From the IMG/VR virus record IMGVR_UViG_2579778529_000009, positions 1-31,614 of that record: a DNA stretch of 31,614 bases; one strand, given 5' to 3'. Numbering within the stretch: the stretch's first letter is position 1; every line of letters starts with the position of its first letter. This DNA comes from a virus (Duplodnaviria; Heunggongvirae; Uroviricota; Caudoviricetes). The position numbers and the translations under genes were made by a program. The notes under the pieces are model-generated. The model did not search any database and was not told where the DNA came from. It saw only the letters and a program-made list of their open reading frames with translations. Below, piece by piece: positions 1 to 9,779 of this stretch.

Positions 1-273
1 CATCCCGGTGACCATACCGTGCAGGTTAGAAACCGTCAGTGTCGGACGGGCAGCACTGCCCTTGCCGTTCAGTTCAAATCCTGTCCCCTGAATGGGGTAT
101 GCCTGATACTGCCGCCCCTGCCAGGTAACCGGCTCACCTTTTTCGTTCTGCTCATTACAGAAAAAATAACGTTCACCACCGACCTCTGTCAGATCGATTT
201 CCCAGAGCACCACCTGGGCTGACTGAGTGAGGCGTGTCGTCTCATGATGTGTTTCCTGTGGAATATCCTGCAT
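1..273 (-). CDS. L: Minor tail protein L, N-terminal 91 codons (gene continues beyond window start)
   Basis: Reverse-strand translation from ATG at 273 gives MQDIPQETHHETTRLTQSAQVVLWEIDLTEVGGERYFFCNEQNEKGEPVTWQGRQYQAYPIQG..., near-identical in pattern to recalled lambda gpL N-terminus; GGAGG upstream; open to position 1. Confidence 0.85.
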   Translation of the reverse strand, partial: MQDIPQETHHETTRLTQSAQVVLWEIDLTEVGGERYFFCNEQNEKGEPVTWQGRQYQAYPIQGTGFELNGKGSAARPTLTVSNLHGMVTGM

Positions 274-282
274 CAGAGCCTC

Positions 283-612
283 CTATGCCACGACCTGTTC
301 AAAATCTGCCGTTATGGTTACCCACAGCGCCCCCACGCTTGCCGACCATTTACGACAAACCACCCTAATCGGTTTCCAGTCATAAGGTGGCGTCCACTGA
401 AATGCGCGGACGCCACCGTGCCGTTCCAGAAAGGCTTTTAAAGATGGGTGTTCACATTTACGAACACGTATCGTCACGCTGTAAGTCGACAACTGGTTAT
501 TCAGTCCCGCCGCACGACGCTGTTCATAACCATCGCCCAGCTTCACTGTCACCACTTTCGGCTCTGATACCACATTCATATCCGGGCGCACTTTCCAGTG
601 AAACGTCTCCAT
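283..612 (-). CDS. M: Minor tail protein M
   Basis: 109 aa; METFHWKVRPDMNVV...GDGYEQRRAAGLN...WTPPYDW...ADFEQVVA matches recalled lambda gpM along full length. Confidence 0.9.
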   Translation of the reverse strand: METFHWKVRPDMNVVSEPKVVTVKLGDGYEQRRAAGLNNQLSTYSVTIRVRKCEHPSLKAFLERHGGVRAFQWTPPYDWKPIRVVCRKWSASVGALWVTITADFEQVVA

Positions 613-3600
613 TACCGATATGCTCCACTTAACCGACCACCATCACGGGCCTGCTGTTGCATAAAGTCCGCTGCCGCTTTTTTCCCAAGGTCATAAACCA
701 CCTTCAGGGCAGCCGGACCTATCTGCCCGTTCGTGCCATCGTTATTGATCTCAATGTTGTACTGCGGGGCAAACATCGCCATACCTGAACCACCAATATC
801 CGCCACAACCCCCAGCTTACCGTCAGCACCACGACGCAGTGGCAGAATGGCTTCAGGTCCAGCTTCCCCCATCACACCCGCGCCTTTTGCAAAAGCAAAA
901 AACGTCGGACGGTTAACCACCGTGCCACTGTAACGACTCAAATCAGCAGACTGATAAATCCCCCCATTGGCATTCAGGGAAAGGCTGCTGAGATCAAATC
1001 CCAGTACACTGCCAATCCCTTTTATCGATTTCATCATGGTTGCCTGCGCCAGGATTTTCGCCATATCTGACAGCACCGAAGAGGTGAAGGATTTGAAGTT
1101 GAGTTTGCCGGTAGTGACAAAAGTTGCCAGGCCATTTCCCATGTTGCTGAAGGCTGATGAGAACACCTGTTCTGCTGTTCCTGCCGTATTGTCTGCATCC
1201 ACGGTAAAATCCTGAAATGCACGCAGGACTCCGTTTTTCCAGTTACCCTGCACAACTTCAAGCTGTTGCCAGTAACGGCGATTCTCATTCAGTTGTCGGT
1301 TCAGGCTCTCCGTCAGCGCCTGCTCGGCCTTTCTGTAGTCATCCGTGTTATATGTCCCTTTCTGCTCACTATCCCGCCTCAACTGCTCCAGCTGTTGCTG
1401 GTATTTCTGGCGAAGACTCAGTTGTACCTGATATCGCTGCCGCTGCTGATCACCCATACCCACCGTGGCGATATCCAGGTCATGTTGCTGACGCTGAGCG
1501 CGCTCTTCTTCAGCCAGTTGACTGGTCAGCTGAATTGTTTTTTTCTTCAGATCGTTGAGTGCCGTCTGTTTCTGAAGCTCCTGCTGTTTTACATCCAGCA
1601 GCGTCAGTGCCTGAATCAGTTCATCTTTACGGGCCAGCACACTCTTTTCATCTGCCGTCAGTTTTTTCCCGTCCAGATCGCTGATGCGCTGCTGCAGAGC
1701 CAGAAGCTGTTTATGCGCTTCTGTCATCTTTTCAGTGGCAATGCCTGCTGACTGTCTTGCAGCAGCAATCTGTCCTTCCACCTGTGCCTGTTGCTGACTG
1801 TACTGCAGCAATAACCGGGTGGCCTCATCATTACGGGGTTCGCGTGTTTTTTTCTTACCGGATGCCAGGGCTTTCTCGTAACGTTCATTTTCACGTTGTA
1901 TCGCCGCATCCCTGACAGCCTGATCGGCGTACTGCATGGCATTAATACGCGCAATTTCACGCTGATGTCGTGCTGCTTCCGTTTCATTCATCCGGTTCAG
2001 TGCAGCATTTTCAGCATTACGGCGTTTCTGTTGCTCCTGATAATTCCGCTCTGCCTGCTCTTTTGCATCCTGCAAATCCTTCTGGCGTTTTTTCTCCTGA
2101 AGCTCGTTAAGACGCTGCTGATCGTACTCAACCTGAGAAGATGATGCCGTCCAGGGGAGTCTTTTCGCCCGCGACACTTTCTCCTGTAAAGCGGCAATCT
2201 GTTCATCCAGCGAGTCTTCACGACCAATATTCATGGCCGCATCCCAGAAACGACTCCATAAATCAGACAGATACTTCAGCGTACTGCCCAGCGCATTGAG
2301 GTTATTATCAATATCCGCAGTACGCCGACCGGTTTCCTCTGCCAGTGCAGACATGGCTATCCGTGCCGCATCACTGGACCGCCCCTGTTCCCCAAGGACG
2401 CGTATCTGTTCAAGCTGAGTGGCAGTAAGAAAATGCAGCTCATTGTCCAGAGCCTTCTCGGCATTTACAGGATCATCCTTCAGCCGCTTAAACTGATTTA
2501 TGGTATCGCTGACCGACTGGCCAACCGATCGCTCCATCTGTGCGGCAGCTCTCGCCACCATACCGATATCGTTTCCACGAAATGCACCACTCCCCACCAC
2601 CTGAGCCAGCGCACCGGCTGCAGCATGTTGCGTAATACCATTCCCGGAAATAGCACGACTGAGCGTCCACAGCTGCCCGGCAGTGACTCCGGCATAATGC
2701 CCCGTCAGCGACAACTGGCGGTTAAATTCTTCCCCCTCCTTCTGACCATCATACCAGGCTTTACCCAGACCATAGACGGCCGCGGCAATACCGCCAATAA
2801 CCCCACCTGGCATCATGCCTTTCGGTGACATCAGTGTGTCTATCCATCCGGCACGGTTAGCCAGCGTTATCCCGGATCCCCTCAGCGCACCTAAATTGCC
2901 GCGAGCCAGTTCACCTATCAGAACGCCTATCTCCTGGCGGGCCGCTGCACTTTTCAGACCCAGCGAATGCGTGGCTTTTCCTGCCTGCTCCATTTTGCGG
3001 ATATACACTTCTGCAGCACTGCTTACCCCCAGCTGGGCAGCCTTAGCACGAAGCAACTCAGAAGAAGAAAGATTCTGGCGGGTTGCCTGCTCTTTAAGCT
3101 GACGGATAAACGCCACTTTCTGTCGGGTAGCCTCTGCCTCAGCCTGCGTAAGAACACGGGTTTTCGCCGTAACCTCAGAAATCAGCGCCAGATAATCCTG
3201 CTGACCAATCCCGCCACTGTTTCTGGCCTGTCGGATCTGCTGCTGAATACGCTGTAATTCCTGCAGCCCCGCACTGGCCTGTTTCACACTGTCAATCTGA
3301 CGATAAAACGCAGCAGCCGCTTTATCCTGAGCCTCCGCCAGAGCCATGGCCTGCGCCTGTTCCTCGCGCATTTTCTGGCTCAGTGCCTCCATACGCTGGC
3401 GGGTTTGCTCCACCTCGCGGGCCATGCGTTCATGAGCCTGTGCGCTCTTCTCCACCGTCTGCGCATGGACGGATGCGGCTGTTGCAGCCGAAGAAGCCGC
3501 CTGCATTGTCTGCCGGGCGGCCTGAGTCTGACGCTCCATAAAACGCTGCATACGGGCAGAAGACCGTTCTGCATCGCTGGCTGTACCATTCAGAAGGTTT

Positions 3601-3677
3601 TTGATACGGGGAATTTCATTTTTAAACTCTGCCGCATCAATCCCCAAATCAATGACCAGGTTGGCTATCTGGTCCAT
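612..3677 (-). CDS. H: Tail tape measure protein (gpH-like), about 1021 aa from ATG at 3677
   Basis: Very long Ala/Gln/Glu/Arg-rich coiled-coil-like protein immediately downstream of G/T and upstream of M; track ORF starts at GTG 3686, ATG at 3677 has GGAGG 8 nt upstream. Confidence 0.9.
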   Translation of the reverse strand: MDQIANLVIDLGIDAAEFKNEIPRIKNLLNGTASDAERSSARMQRFMERQTQAARQTMQAASSAATAASVHAQTVEKSAQAHERMAREVEQTRQRMEALSQKMREEQAQAMALAEAQDKAAAAFYRQIDSVKQASAGLQELQRIQQQIRQARNSGGIGQQDYLALISEVTAKTRVLTQAEAEATRQKVAFIRQLKEQATRQNLSSSELLRAKAAQLGVSSAAEVYIRKMEQAGKATHSLGLKSAAARQEIGVLIGELARGNLGALRGSGITLANRAGWIDTLMSPKGMMPGGVIGGIAAAVYGLGKAWYDGQKEGEEFNRQLSLTGHYAGVTAGQLWTLSRAISGNGITQHAAAGALAQVVGSGAFRGNDIGMVARAAAQMERSVGQSVSDTINQFKRLKDDPVNAEKALDNELHFLTATQLEQIRVLGEQGRSSDAARIAMSALAEETGRRTADIDNNLNALGSTLKYLSDLWSRFWDAAMNIGREDSLDEQIAALQEKVSRAKRLPWTASSSQVEYDQQRLNELQEKKRQKDLQDAKEQAERNYQEQQKRRNAENAALNRMNETEAARHQREIARINAMQYADQAVRDAAIQRENERYEKALASGKKKTREPRNDEATRLLLQYSQQQAQVEGQIAAARQSAGIATEKMTEAHKQLLALQQRISDLDGKKLTADEKSVLARKDELIQALTLLDVKQQELQKQTALNDLKKKTIQLTSQLAEEERAQRQQHDLDIATVGMGDQQRQRYQVQLSLRQKYQQQLEQLRRDSEQKGTYNTDDYRKAEQALTESLNRQLNENRRYWQQLEVVQGNWKNGVLRAFQDFTVDADNTAGTAEQVFSSAFSNMGNGLATFVTTGKLNFKSFTSSVLSDMAKILAQATMMKSIKGIGSVLGFDLSSLSLNANGGIYQSADLSRYSGTVVNRPTFFAFAKGAGVMGEAGPEAILPLRRGADGKLGVVADIGGSGMAMFAPQYNIEINNDGTNGQIGPAALKVVYDLGKKAAADFMQQQARDGGRLSGAYR

Positions 3678-3990
3678 AACGCACACCTCCGGAAATACCT
3701 TCCCCCAGATGCATCAGTTCTTCGTCCGTTCGCTCCGGTATCCCGTTCTCTTCCGGTAAAAGGCTGAAATCAGCCACCGCAGCATCACTGCTACCGGACA
3801 CCATTCTCACGATCAATGCCTTCAGCGAGGCAAACTGCGCATCCATCCACACATCACTGAAGCTCTGCATCCGGAAATAATCGCCCCACTCACCAAGCTC
3901 AGTGGCCGACATTTCCGACAGCATCCGCCGCCAGTCTGCCCGCCGGAACTCCCGGGCAAGCCGCATGACAAACTGCATTTCCCGCGTCAG
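3649..3990 (-). CDS. T: Tail assembly protein T frame, expected to be expressed as G-T fusion by -1 programmed frameshift near the end of G
   Basis: ORF in -1 frame relative to G, open from coordinate 4011 downward, overlaps G 3-prime end and H start; conserved G/GT arrangement of lambda-like tails. Confidence 0.6.
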   Translation of the reverse strand: MTREMQFVMRLAREFRRADWRRMLSEMSATELGEWGDYFRMQSFSDVWMDAQFASLKALIVRMVSGSSDAAVADFSLLPEENGIPERTDEELMHLGEGISGGVRYGPDSQPGH

Positions 3991-4376
3991 GACTTTTCCG
4001 GCGTCAGCACCTCATGCTCCAAATCCCCGGCATTCTCAATGGCTCCCATACCGCTCAGCGACAGAACCATCTCCGCCCCCGCTCCCAGGGCATCATACGA
4101 CCATGTTGTAATAACGGATGCGCAAAGCGTCTCAACATCCTGAGACTGTTCCGCATTCCACAGTGAGCGGGAAACCAGCCAGGCATTGATATCCATCCCC
4201 ATCCGCAGAAAAGCAATCTGTCGTTCAGCCTCCGGCAGTTCTCCCTCTTCGGCATCAAACTTTGCCGTTCGCTGCTGAACAAACGCCAGATATTCAATTC
4301 TCTGCAGCCCGGACAGCTCACTGAGCACCACGGACTGCTTTTCATAATTAAACGTGCCCTGTTTCAGAAACATCAT
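3987..4376 (-). CDS. G: Tail assembly chaperone G
   Basis: MFLKQGTFNYEKQSVVLSELSGLQRIEYLAF... resembles recalled lambda gpG (MFLK...LSELSALQRIEHLA); GGTGGAG upstream of ATG 4376. Confidence 0.8.
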   Translation of the reverse strand: MMFLKQGTFNYEKQSVVLSELSGLQRIEYLAFVQQRTAKFDAEEGELPEAERQIAFLRMGMDINAWLVSRSLWNAEQSQDVETLCASVITTWSYDALGAGAEMVLSLSGMGAIENAGDLEHEVLTPEKS

Positions 4377-4389
4377 GTTCTCCACCTGC

Positions 4390-4413
4390 AAAAAAGCCCC
4401 GGATAACCGGGGC
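4390..4413 (-). terminator. Putative intrinsic terminator/attenuator between major tail gene and G
   Basis: On minus strand GCCCCGG-UUAU-CCGGGGC hairpin followed by UUUUUU, located between V stop (4434) and G start (4376). Confidence 0.45.
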
Positions 4414-4433
4414 AAATGATGAGTATCGTCCTG

Positions 4434-5177
4434 TTAACCTGCGGCGCTGACAGCCACCGCAGCCACTGCCACAAAATCGCCGTCAGAAGTCATGCCCACA
4501 ATGCTGACACTGCCCTGCTTCACGCCTTTCACCGTGGCCACAAGCCCGTTCAGGGTCACCGTGGCAGTCTGTGGATCTGTCGAATGCACACTGATCGCTT
4601 TGTCACTGGCTCCGTCAGGTTTTACTGTAAAGGTCAGCGTGGTGGTTGCTCCCACTTTTACACTGGCAGATGCCGGTGATACTGTCAGCCCGGTAACGCT
4701 CACGGTTTCAGTGCCTTCCTCTGCCAGATACGGACGCCCCACACCGCTGATTTTCACTGTGCGGGTCATCACGTCTTTTGAGGCAATGGTTTTACCCAGT
4801 GAGCTCAGCCAGCCACGGAAAACATCAACAGTGCCGTTGGGATATTTGATACGAAACGCGCAGACTTCACCGGAGTCGAACAACTGAACCAGTTTTTTCT
4901 GCCCGCTGTCACCCGGACGCCAGGCCAGCGTCGCCGAAGTATCACCGACGGATTTCTGCCCCTGGGTTGTCGTTTTCCAGTCTGCATCTTCATCATCGAG
5001 ATAAGTGTCATCTTCTGCATCAGCGGTCATTTCGCCAGGTTGCAGATCCTTCACCATCGCAAGACGCAGCCAGTCAGTGTCCGATAAAGGGTTCGCAAAC
5101 GCATCGCCCTTGCCGGTGTACATCCAGAACGTCGTTCCCGCACCTTTCGTTTTTGCCAGTGGATTTGGTGTGGTCAT
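4434..5177 (-). CDS. V: Major tail protein V with C-terminal Ig-like domain
   Basis: From ATG 5177: MTTPNPLAKTKGAGTTFWMY...LSDTDWLRLA...YLDDEDADW...FRGW matches recalled lambda gpV; C-terminal Thr/Val-rich beta segment typical of Ig-like domain; GGAGG upstream. Confidence 0.9.
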   Translation of the reverse strand: MTTPNPLAKTKGAGTTFWMYTGKGDAFANPLSDTDWLRLAMVKDLQPGEMTADAEDDTYLDDEDADWKTTTQGQKSVGDTSATLAWRPGDSGQKKLVQLFDSGEVCAFRIKYPNGTVDVFRGWLSSLGKTIASKDVMTRTVKISGVGRPYLAEEGTETVSVTGLTVSPASASVKVGATTTLTFTVKPDGASDKAISVHSTDPQTATVTLNGLVATVKGVKQGSVSIVGMTSDGDFVAVAAVAVSAAG

Positions 5178-5187
5178 TGCCACCTCC

Positions 5188-5589
5188 TTAATTCGTGTAC
5201 GTGATCTGGTACGTGATTTCCGCCATCGCCCAGGTGGCCATCTCATTATCACGTTGATAGTTAAAACCGAGTGGGATCAGGGTGTCGATGAGTCCGGAAA
5301 GTGCCGGTACATCATTCAGGGCCGGGAAAATGGTGCTCTCCATCCACATATCCAGCTCTGAATCCGGTGCCTGTGCCCGGATGAAGACAGCAATATGCAG
5401 AACAGCCTGCCAGTCATCTTCATCCGTCATTTTTCCGGTGTACTGAGCATCACTCAGCCACACCGCCACGGCAGGCAGTTCCTGCGCATCAACAAATGCC
5501 GGAAGCCCGTCAAAAAACGTGGCGCTGTCTCCACACTGTTCCCGAAGGCGTGCCAGTACGACCTGGCGGATTTGTGTATGTCGGTTCAT
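5188..5589 (-). CDS. U: Tail terminator protein U
   Basis: ATFFDG...PAVAVWL...YTG...PDSELDMWMES...ITYQITY resembles recalled lambda gpU; ATG 5589 overlaps Z stop (ATGA); alternative ATG at 5601. Confidence 0.85.
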   Translation of the reverse strand: MNRHTQIRQVVLARLREQCGDSATFFDGLPAFVDAQELPAVAVWLSDAQYTGKMTDEDDWQAVLHIAVFIRAQAPDSELDMWMESTIFPALNDVPALSGLIDTLIPLGFNYQRDNEMATWAMAEITYQITYTN

Positions 5590-6164
5590 CGGGTCAGCCA
5601 TAACCTCAGTTGTTGTTTCAGTGCATACCCCAGCTGTTTCGGCATTTCCGCAGCAATGATGCGGTCGCGGGCATCTTCAAATGCCTGTGTCAGCTGTCCG
5701 GACAGAGGGATTTTCACCACATCAATGGGGTAACGATTTTTGCCATCAATACGCCGCATCACATGCCAGCGACCATTCGCCAGTTGCTGAATAAACGCAT
5801 CCCGGAAAAGATATTTACCCACCTTCAGCACGCTGCCACGGTACTGCAGTTTTCCACCACGCCGGGTCAGTCTGACCCGGGCGGTCCCCAGCTTAATGGC
5901 AGGCAGATTGCCCCGGTTAACGCGGATCCTGGCCGTCATTTTTCCTGACGGACTGGCTTTAAACACCCGGACACGCTGACGTACCAGTTTCAGGGGGATC
6001 CCTTTCACCTGGTTATCTCCCGCAACGGTATTCCCGGCAACCTGCCGGGTGGCAACCGAGACCGCTTTCTGTGCCACACGGTTTATCGCCCATGCGCTGG
6101 CCTGTGGCACCATACGGGTATCAAGGCTGTTCAGATTGCGGATGGCATTCTCAAGCCCCTTCAT
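5586..6164 (-). CDS. Z: Tail completion protein Z
   Basis: 192 aa in the lambda Z position between FII-like and U; family assignment from position and size. Confidence 0.7.
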   Translation of the reverse strand: MKGLENAIRNLNSLDTRMVPQASAWAINRVAQKAVSVATRQVAGNTVAGDNQVKGIPLKLVRQRVRVFKASPSGKMTARIRVNRGNLPAIKLGTARVRLTRRGGKLQYRGSVLKVGKYLFRDAFIQQLANGRWHVMRRIDGKNRYPIDVVKIPLSGQLTQAFEDARDRIIAAEMPKQLGYALKQQLRLWLTR

Positions 6165-6175
6165 CCCACACCTCT

Positions 6176-6451
6176 TTACTCAATAAAGATCATTGGCTTA
6201 CCGTTAAAGCGTTCATGCCGTGTGACCGTCCAATGTTGTCCGTCATAAACAACGCGATCCCCGCGCCGTGGGCGGTATCCCGAAGAAAACACCACCAGAG
6301 AGACCGCAGGTCCGGACAGAGCATTCAGCTCTGCCAGTGTTTCTCCCGGGATCACAGTCATATCGACATCATTAATCGAGGCTGTCTTTCCCATCTTTCT
6401 GACCGTGATCGCATCCATACGCGCTGCCAGCCGGGAAAAGGGATCAGACAT
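6176..6451 (-). CDS. Head-tail joining protein (FII-like tail attachment protein)
   Basis: 91 aa between capsid gene and Z; synteny with lambda FII. Confidence 0.6.
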   Translation of the reverse strand: MSDPFSRLAARMDAITVRKMGKTASINDVDMTVIPGETLAELNALSGPAVSLVVFSSGYRPRRGDRVVYDGQHWTVTRHERFNGKPMIFIE

Positions 6452-8045
6452 TGAGTTTTACCGGCACTTCTTCTGCACTGGTTCCGGCATCTGCCCAGAC
6501 AACCCCGACCAGCGGATCAGAGCCGCTGTTAGTCAGCTGAACTTTTCCGGACTTCAGATAAACCTTCTTACCCGTTTTCATGTCATCCGTTTTCAGCTTA
6601 GGCAGCATAAACACACCTTCGGTCAGGCCGTCGCCTGTTTCACCCTGTGGAATATCGGTCAGCATATTCAGATCATCATTGATAATGGCCTGACGGGTGA
6701 TACTGAACAGCTCGCCATAGGTCGCCAGTGCAATAGTGGCCTGTTTATCTCCGGTGGTGACGTATTTATATTCCGCCCCTTCACGCACCTGACGCAGAGC
6801 ACTGAAGCCCCCCATACCCACACGATGGGCAATTTTAAAATCAGACAACTGACCTTTCCGCGTCCACTGTTCATAGGTTTCAGGGGCATCTTCCCAGCCC
6901 TGCAGAATGGCTTTGTTCGCAACATCCAGCAGAATATTACCGAAGTCAGACGTACTGTGTGTGAACGCCGCACCGACCATCTGCATCGGGTTATAACTGG
7001 AAACCCCAATACCCCGTTCAGTCAGTGACATACGGGCATATTCACGCAGGGTCATCCCGTTGTAGACATTATCACGTTCGGTTTTTTCAAATCCGGCACG
7101 CGCCATCAGCGCCTGGCGGATCCCGTCCCCCACAAAATTACCGTTTCCGGCATAAATATGAGCCGGGGTATTTTTATTGGATGGCGTGGACTCGCGCCCC
7201 ATCTCGTTCAACAGCTTTTCGCGGGCCTGTTCCAGCGAACATTCAGGATCGGCAAGACACTGAGCCTGCAGCGTCTGATAACGCCCGCCAAACATGGCAA
7301 ACAGATCATTAATACCGTTTACACGCGCTTTTTGCTCTGCCAGTACCTGCGCACGGATACTGTTTTCATCCACCACGGGTGCTGCTGCCTGCACTGGCGT
7401 CCGGGAGGCTGCAGGTTCATCATCCTGTACGCGTGGAGCACTGTTGCGTGGCGGAGTAATCATGTTTCGAATGGATTCCGGCATCTTTTTAAATTCCTCT
7501 GTACGTTTTGACTGAATACATGCCATTGCCTTAACGGCTGGCGTCACCTGATCAGCAAATCCCTGTGCCAGACATTCGGCACCGGACATCCAGGTCTCAT
7601 CCGCCAGCATGGCAGCAATTTCATCGGTGGTTTTCCCGGTTTTCTGTGCATAAGCGGGTAACAGAACCGCCTCAACCTTATCGAGCAGGTCGGCATAGGT
7701 GCGCATGTCCTCCGCATCACCGCCCGTAAAGCCAAATGGTTTATGAATCATCATGAAGGTGTTTTCCGGCATAATGACCGGGTTTCCCACCATCGCAATG
7801 ACCGACGCCATTGACGCCGCCACACCGTCGACATAAACGGTAATGGACGCACCATGTGTTTTCAGCGCATTAAAAATGGCGATGCCTTCAAAGACATCGC
7901 CACCCGGTGAATTAATATGGAGATTAATGTGGGTGATATCGCCCAGTGCATTCAGATCACTGATAAACTGCTTCGCTGTAACACCCCAGAAACCAATCTC
8001 GTCATAAATATAAATATCCGCGTCACTCTGGTGACCAGCCTGCAT
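6444..8045 (-). CDS. Prohead protease (ClpP/S14-like) - linker/scaffold - major capsid fusion protein
   Basis: N-terminal ClpP-like region (IYIYDEIGFWG...INSPGGDVFEG...ASMASVIAMVG...MMIHKP), Pro/Ala/Gln-rich linker, C-terminal capsid-like region; only head protein gene between portal and FII; start ATG 8045 chosen just after portal stop (track ORF extends to 8306 overlapping portal). Confidence 0.6.
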   Translation of the reverse strand: MQAGHQSDADIYIYDEIGFWGVTAKQFISDLNALGDITHINLHINSPGGDVFEGIAIFNALKTHGASITVYVDGVAASMASVIAMVGNPVIMPENTFMMIHKPFGFTGGDAEDMRTYADLLDKVEAVLLPAYAQKTGKTTDEIAAMLADETWMSGAECLAQGFADQVTPAVKAMACIQSKRTEEFKKMPESIRNMITPPRNSAPRVQDDEPAASRTPVQAAAPVVDENSIRAQVLAEQKARVNGINDLFAMFGGRYQTLQAQCLADPECSLEQAREKLLNEMGRESTPSNKNTPAHIYAGNGNFVGDGIRQALMARAGFEKTERDNVYNGMTLREYARMSLTERGIGVSSYNPMQMVGAAFTHSTSDFGNILLDVANKAILQGWEDAPETYEQWTRKGQLSDFKIAHRVGMGGFSALRQVREGAEYKYVTTGDKQATIALATYGELFSITRQAIINDDLNMLTDIPQGETGDGLTEGVFMLPKLKTDDMKTGKKVYLKSGKVQLTNSGSDPLVGVVWADAGTSAEEVPVKLNV

Positions 8046-8058
8046 CCTGAACCAGGAA

Positions 8059-9567
8059 TTAATCTTCGGACTGGTCGTCGGTGTGCTGCGGCTCCTGTCG
8101 TTTCGTTGCGGCACTACTGCCTCCTTTATCACTGGCCGGATCGGTATCAAATACCAGATCCAGCTTGCGGTTTTCATCAATTTCGGCCTTGCGCCGACGT
8201 TTGACATCATCCGGATTACGACCACCAGCACGTACCCAGTCTGATTCTGTCGCCGCTCCACCACGAATCTGGATTTTCCAGGCCTCAGCCTCCTTAACAG
8301 GGTCAATCCACGGCATCACTGGTCCGGAATACACCGCGGTATACAGTGAAGAACGGTCAAGATCGCGGGGTAGCCTGATAACACCGGATGCCACAGCCTG
8401 TTTCAGCCATGCACGATACATCGGGCGGGTGACGGCACCAATAAACCAGTCCTGCAGGATCAGGTAGCCATCAGTGGATTCAACCAGCTCCTGACGCTGG
8501 GCGCTGTAAGTGCCGTTATAGTTGCGCGCTGTACTGGAAAAACTCAGACGACTGCCCGCCGCCACGGCACGCAACTGACCATTACGAAAAGTTTCAAGGT
8601 TAGGATTGGGGCGATCCGACTTCACCATTCCGATTTCTTCGCCGGGTTTCAGATCATCGTAAATAATGCCTGGCTGAATGGTAAGCTCGCGTTCCTTATC
8701 CTTGCTGCCATTACCATCCGGTTCATAGCTCTGCCCGTCGCCTTTGCGGATGTACATCCCCAGAGCAGCGGCGATCCTTGCTGCAGTCAGCTCATAATCT
8801 TCATAATCTTTCAGGGCACTGAGGCGGATCAGCACACCGGACAACAAAGACGTCCCGCGCATCTGGTGCAGACGGCGAACAAATTTAAGATGCAGCATTC
8901 GCTCTGCATCCACTTCTTTGGTTTCCATCTGCCGTCCGGATACGGGACGGCTTTTATACACCAGATATTTTTCGGGACGCCCCCAGTCATCAACAAACAC
9001 GCCCTGATTCAGCCTGTTGCTCTCATCACTGGTCATGGGAATAAAGTCCGGCTCGAGCGCCTCCAGCCAGAAATGAACACCGGCAGAAGGCGTCAGGCTG
9101 TTTATGCGCCCGGAAACCATCTGGGCAAACACCTCACCATCGCGCAGCCAGGTACGCAGCATCAGACGTTCCAGCATCGGACGGGTAAACTGCCCGGTGA
9201 CTTCCGGGCTGACAGACCATTCACTCCATCGGGTGCGAATCTCCGCTGCCAGATCACGGGCAATGGCCCCATTGCGTAATACCGGATGTGGCTCGACAAT
9301 AATCCCGTTTTTCCCCACCACCCGTTCTTCCAGCTTGTCAAATACACCAATAACCAGATCGTGGTTGTTATCAAGGTAACGGGCCTGCTCACGTAACGAC
9401 ACGGCCCCGTACTGGCTTAGCTGGTCGGCAGTTCGGTTCTCCCGTCGGGCTTTGTGTGTCCGCGTCGTTTTTACGGCTTCATAAGCCTGGATCACCGCAC
9501 GGGAACGCAGCCTTGCCGCTTTCCATCCAGGTGAAAAAACGCCAATCACATCATCAAGAATTGCCAT
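8059..9567 (-). CDS. Portal protein
   Basis: About 502 aa downstream of W and terminase; ATG 9567 overlaps W stop (ATGA); acidic C-terminus; lambda-order synteny. Confidence 0.85.
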   Translation of the reverse strand: MAILDDVIGVFSPGWKAARLRSRAVIQAYEAVKTTRTHKARRENRTADQLSQYGAVSLREQARYLDNNHDLVIGVFDKLEERVVGKNGIIVEPHPVLRNGAIARDLAAEIRTRWSEWSVSPEVTGQFTRPMLERLMLRTWLRDGEVFAQMVSGRINSLTPSAGVHFWLEALEPDFIPMTSDESNRLNQGVFVDDWGRPEKYLVYKSRPVSGRQMETKEVDAERMLHLKFVRRLHQMRGTSLLSGVLIRLSALKDYEDYELTAARIAAALGMYIRKGDGQSYEPDGNGSKDKERELTIQPGIIYDDLKPGEEIGMVKSDRPNPNLETFRNGQLRAVAAGSRLSFSSTARNYNGTYSAQRQELVESTDGYLILQDWFIGAVTRPMYRAWLKQAVASGVIRLPRDLDRSSLYTAVYSGPVMPWIDPVKEAEAWKIQIRGGAATESDWVRAGGRNPDDVKRRRKAEIDENRKLDLVFDTDPASDKGGSSAATKRQEPQHTDDQSED

Positions 9568-9779
9568 CAGAACCTCGCCAGCCGGTACCCGGGATGCCCC
9601 CGTCGTCGTGTAATCAGAGCCGCAAGGCGGCGCTCCCACTCCTGCCGTCCCTGCCGGATCTCAGATAAGTTTTCCATGGTCATCTGCTGACCATTAAAGG
9701 TGACGGATTTTCCGTCCAGCACCGCCATTTCAGCTTCCGTATAACGCTGAATCATGGCTTCGATATCATTCTGGTTCAT
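9567..9779 (-). CDS. Head-tail joining protein W-like
   Basis: About 70 aa between terminase large subunit and portal, C-terminal RRRG motif as in recalled lambda gpW; GGAGG 6 nt upstream of ATG 9779 which overlaps terminase stop. Confidence 0.65.
   Translation of the reverse strand: MNQNDIEAMIQRYTEAEMAVLDGKSVTFNGQQMTMENLSEIRQGRQEWERRLAALITRRRGHPGYRLARF

Noticed and set aside
1266-1751. 161-aa plus-strand ORF (and several others, e.g. 1217..1558, 2433..2828, 2815..3102) inside the tape measure gene
   Set aside because: Antisense shadow ORFs within a long, well-supported minus-strand gene; low-complexity translations
6405-7028. 207-aa plus-strand ORF
   Set aside because: Antisense to the protease-capsid gene, which has clear ClpP-like motifs
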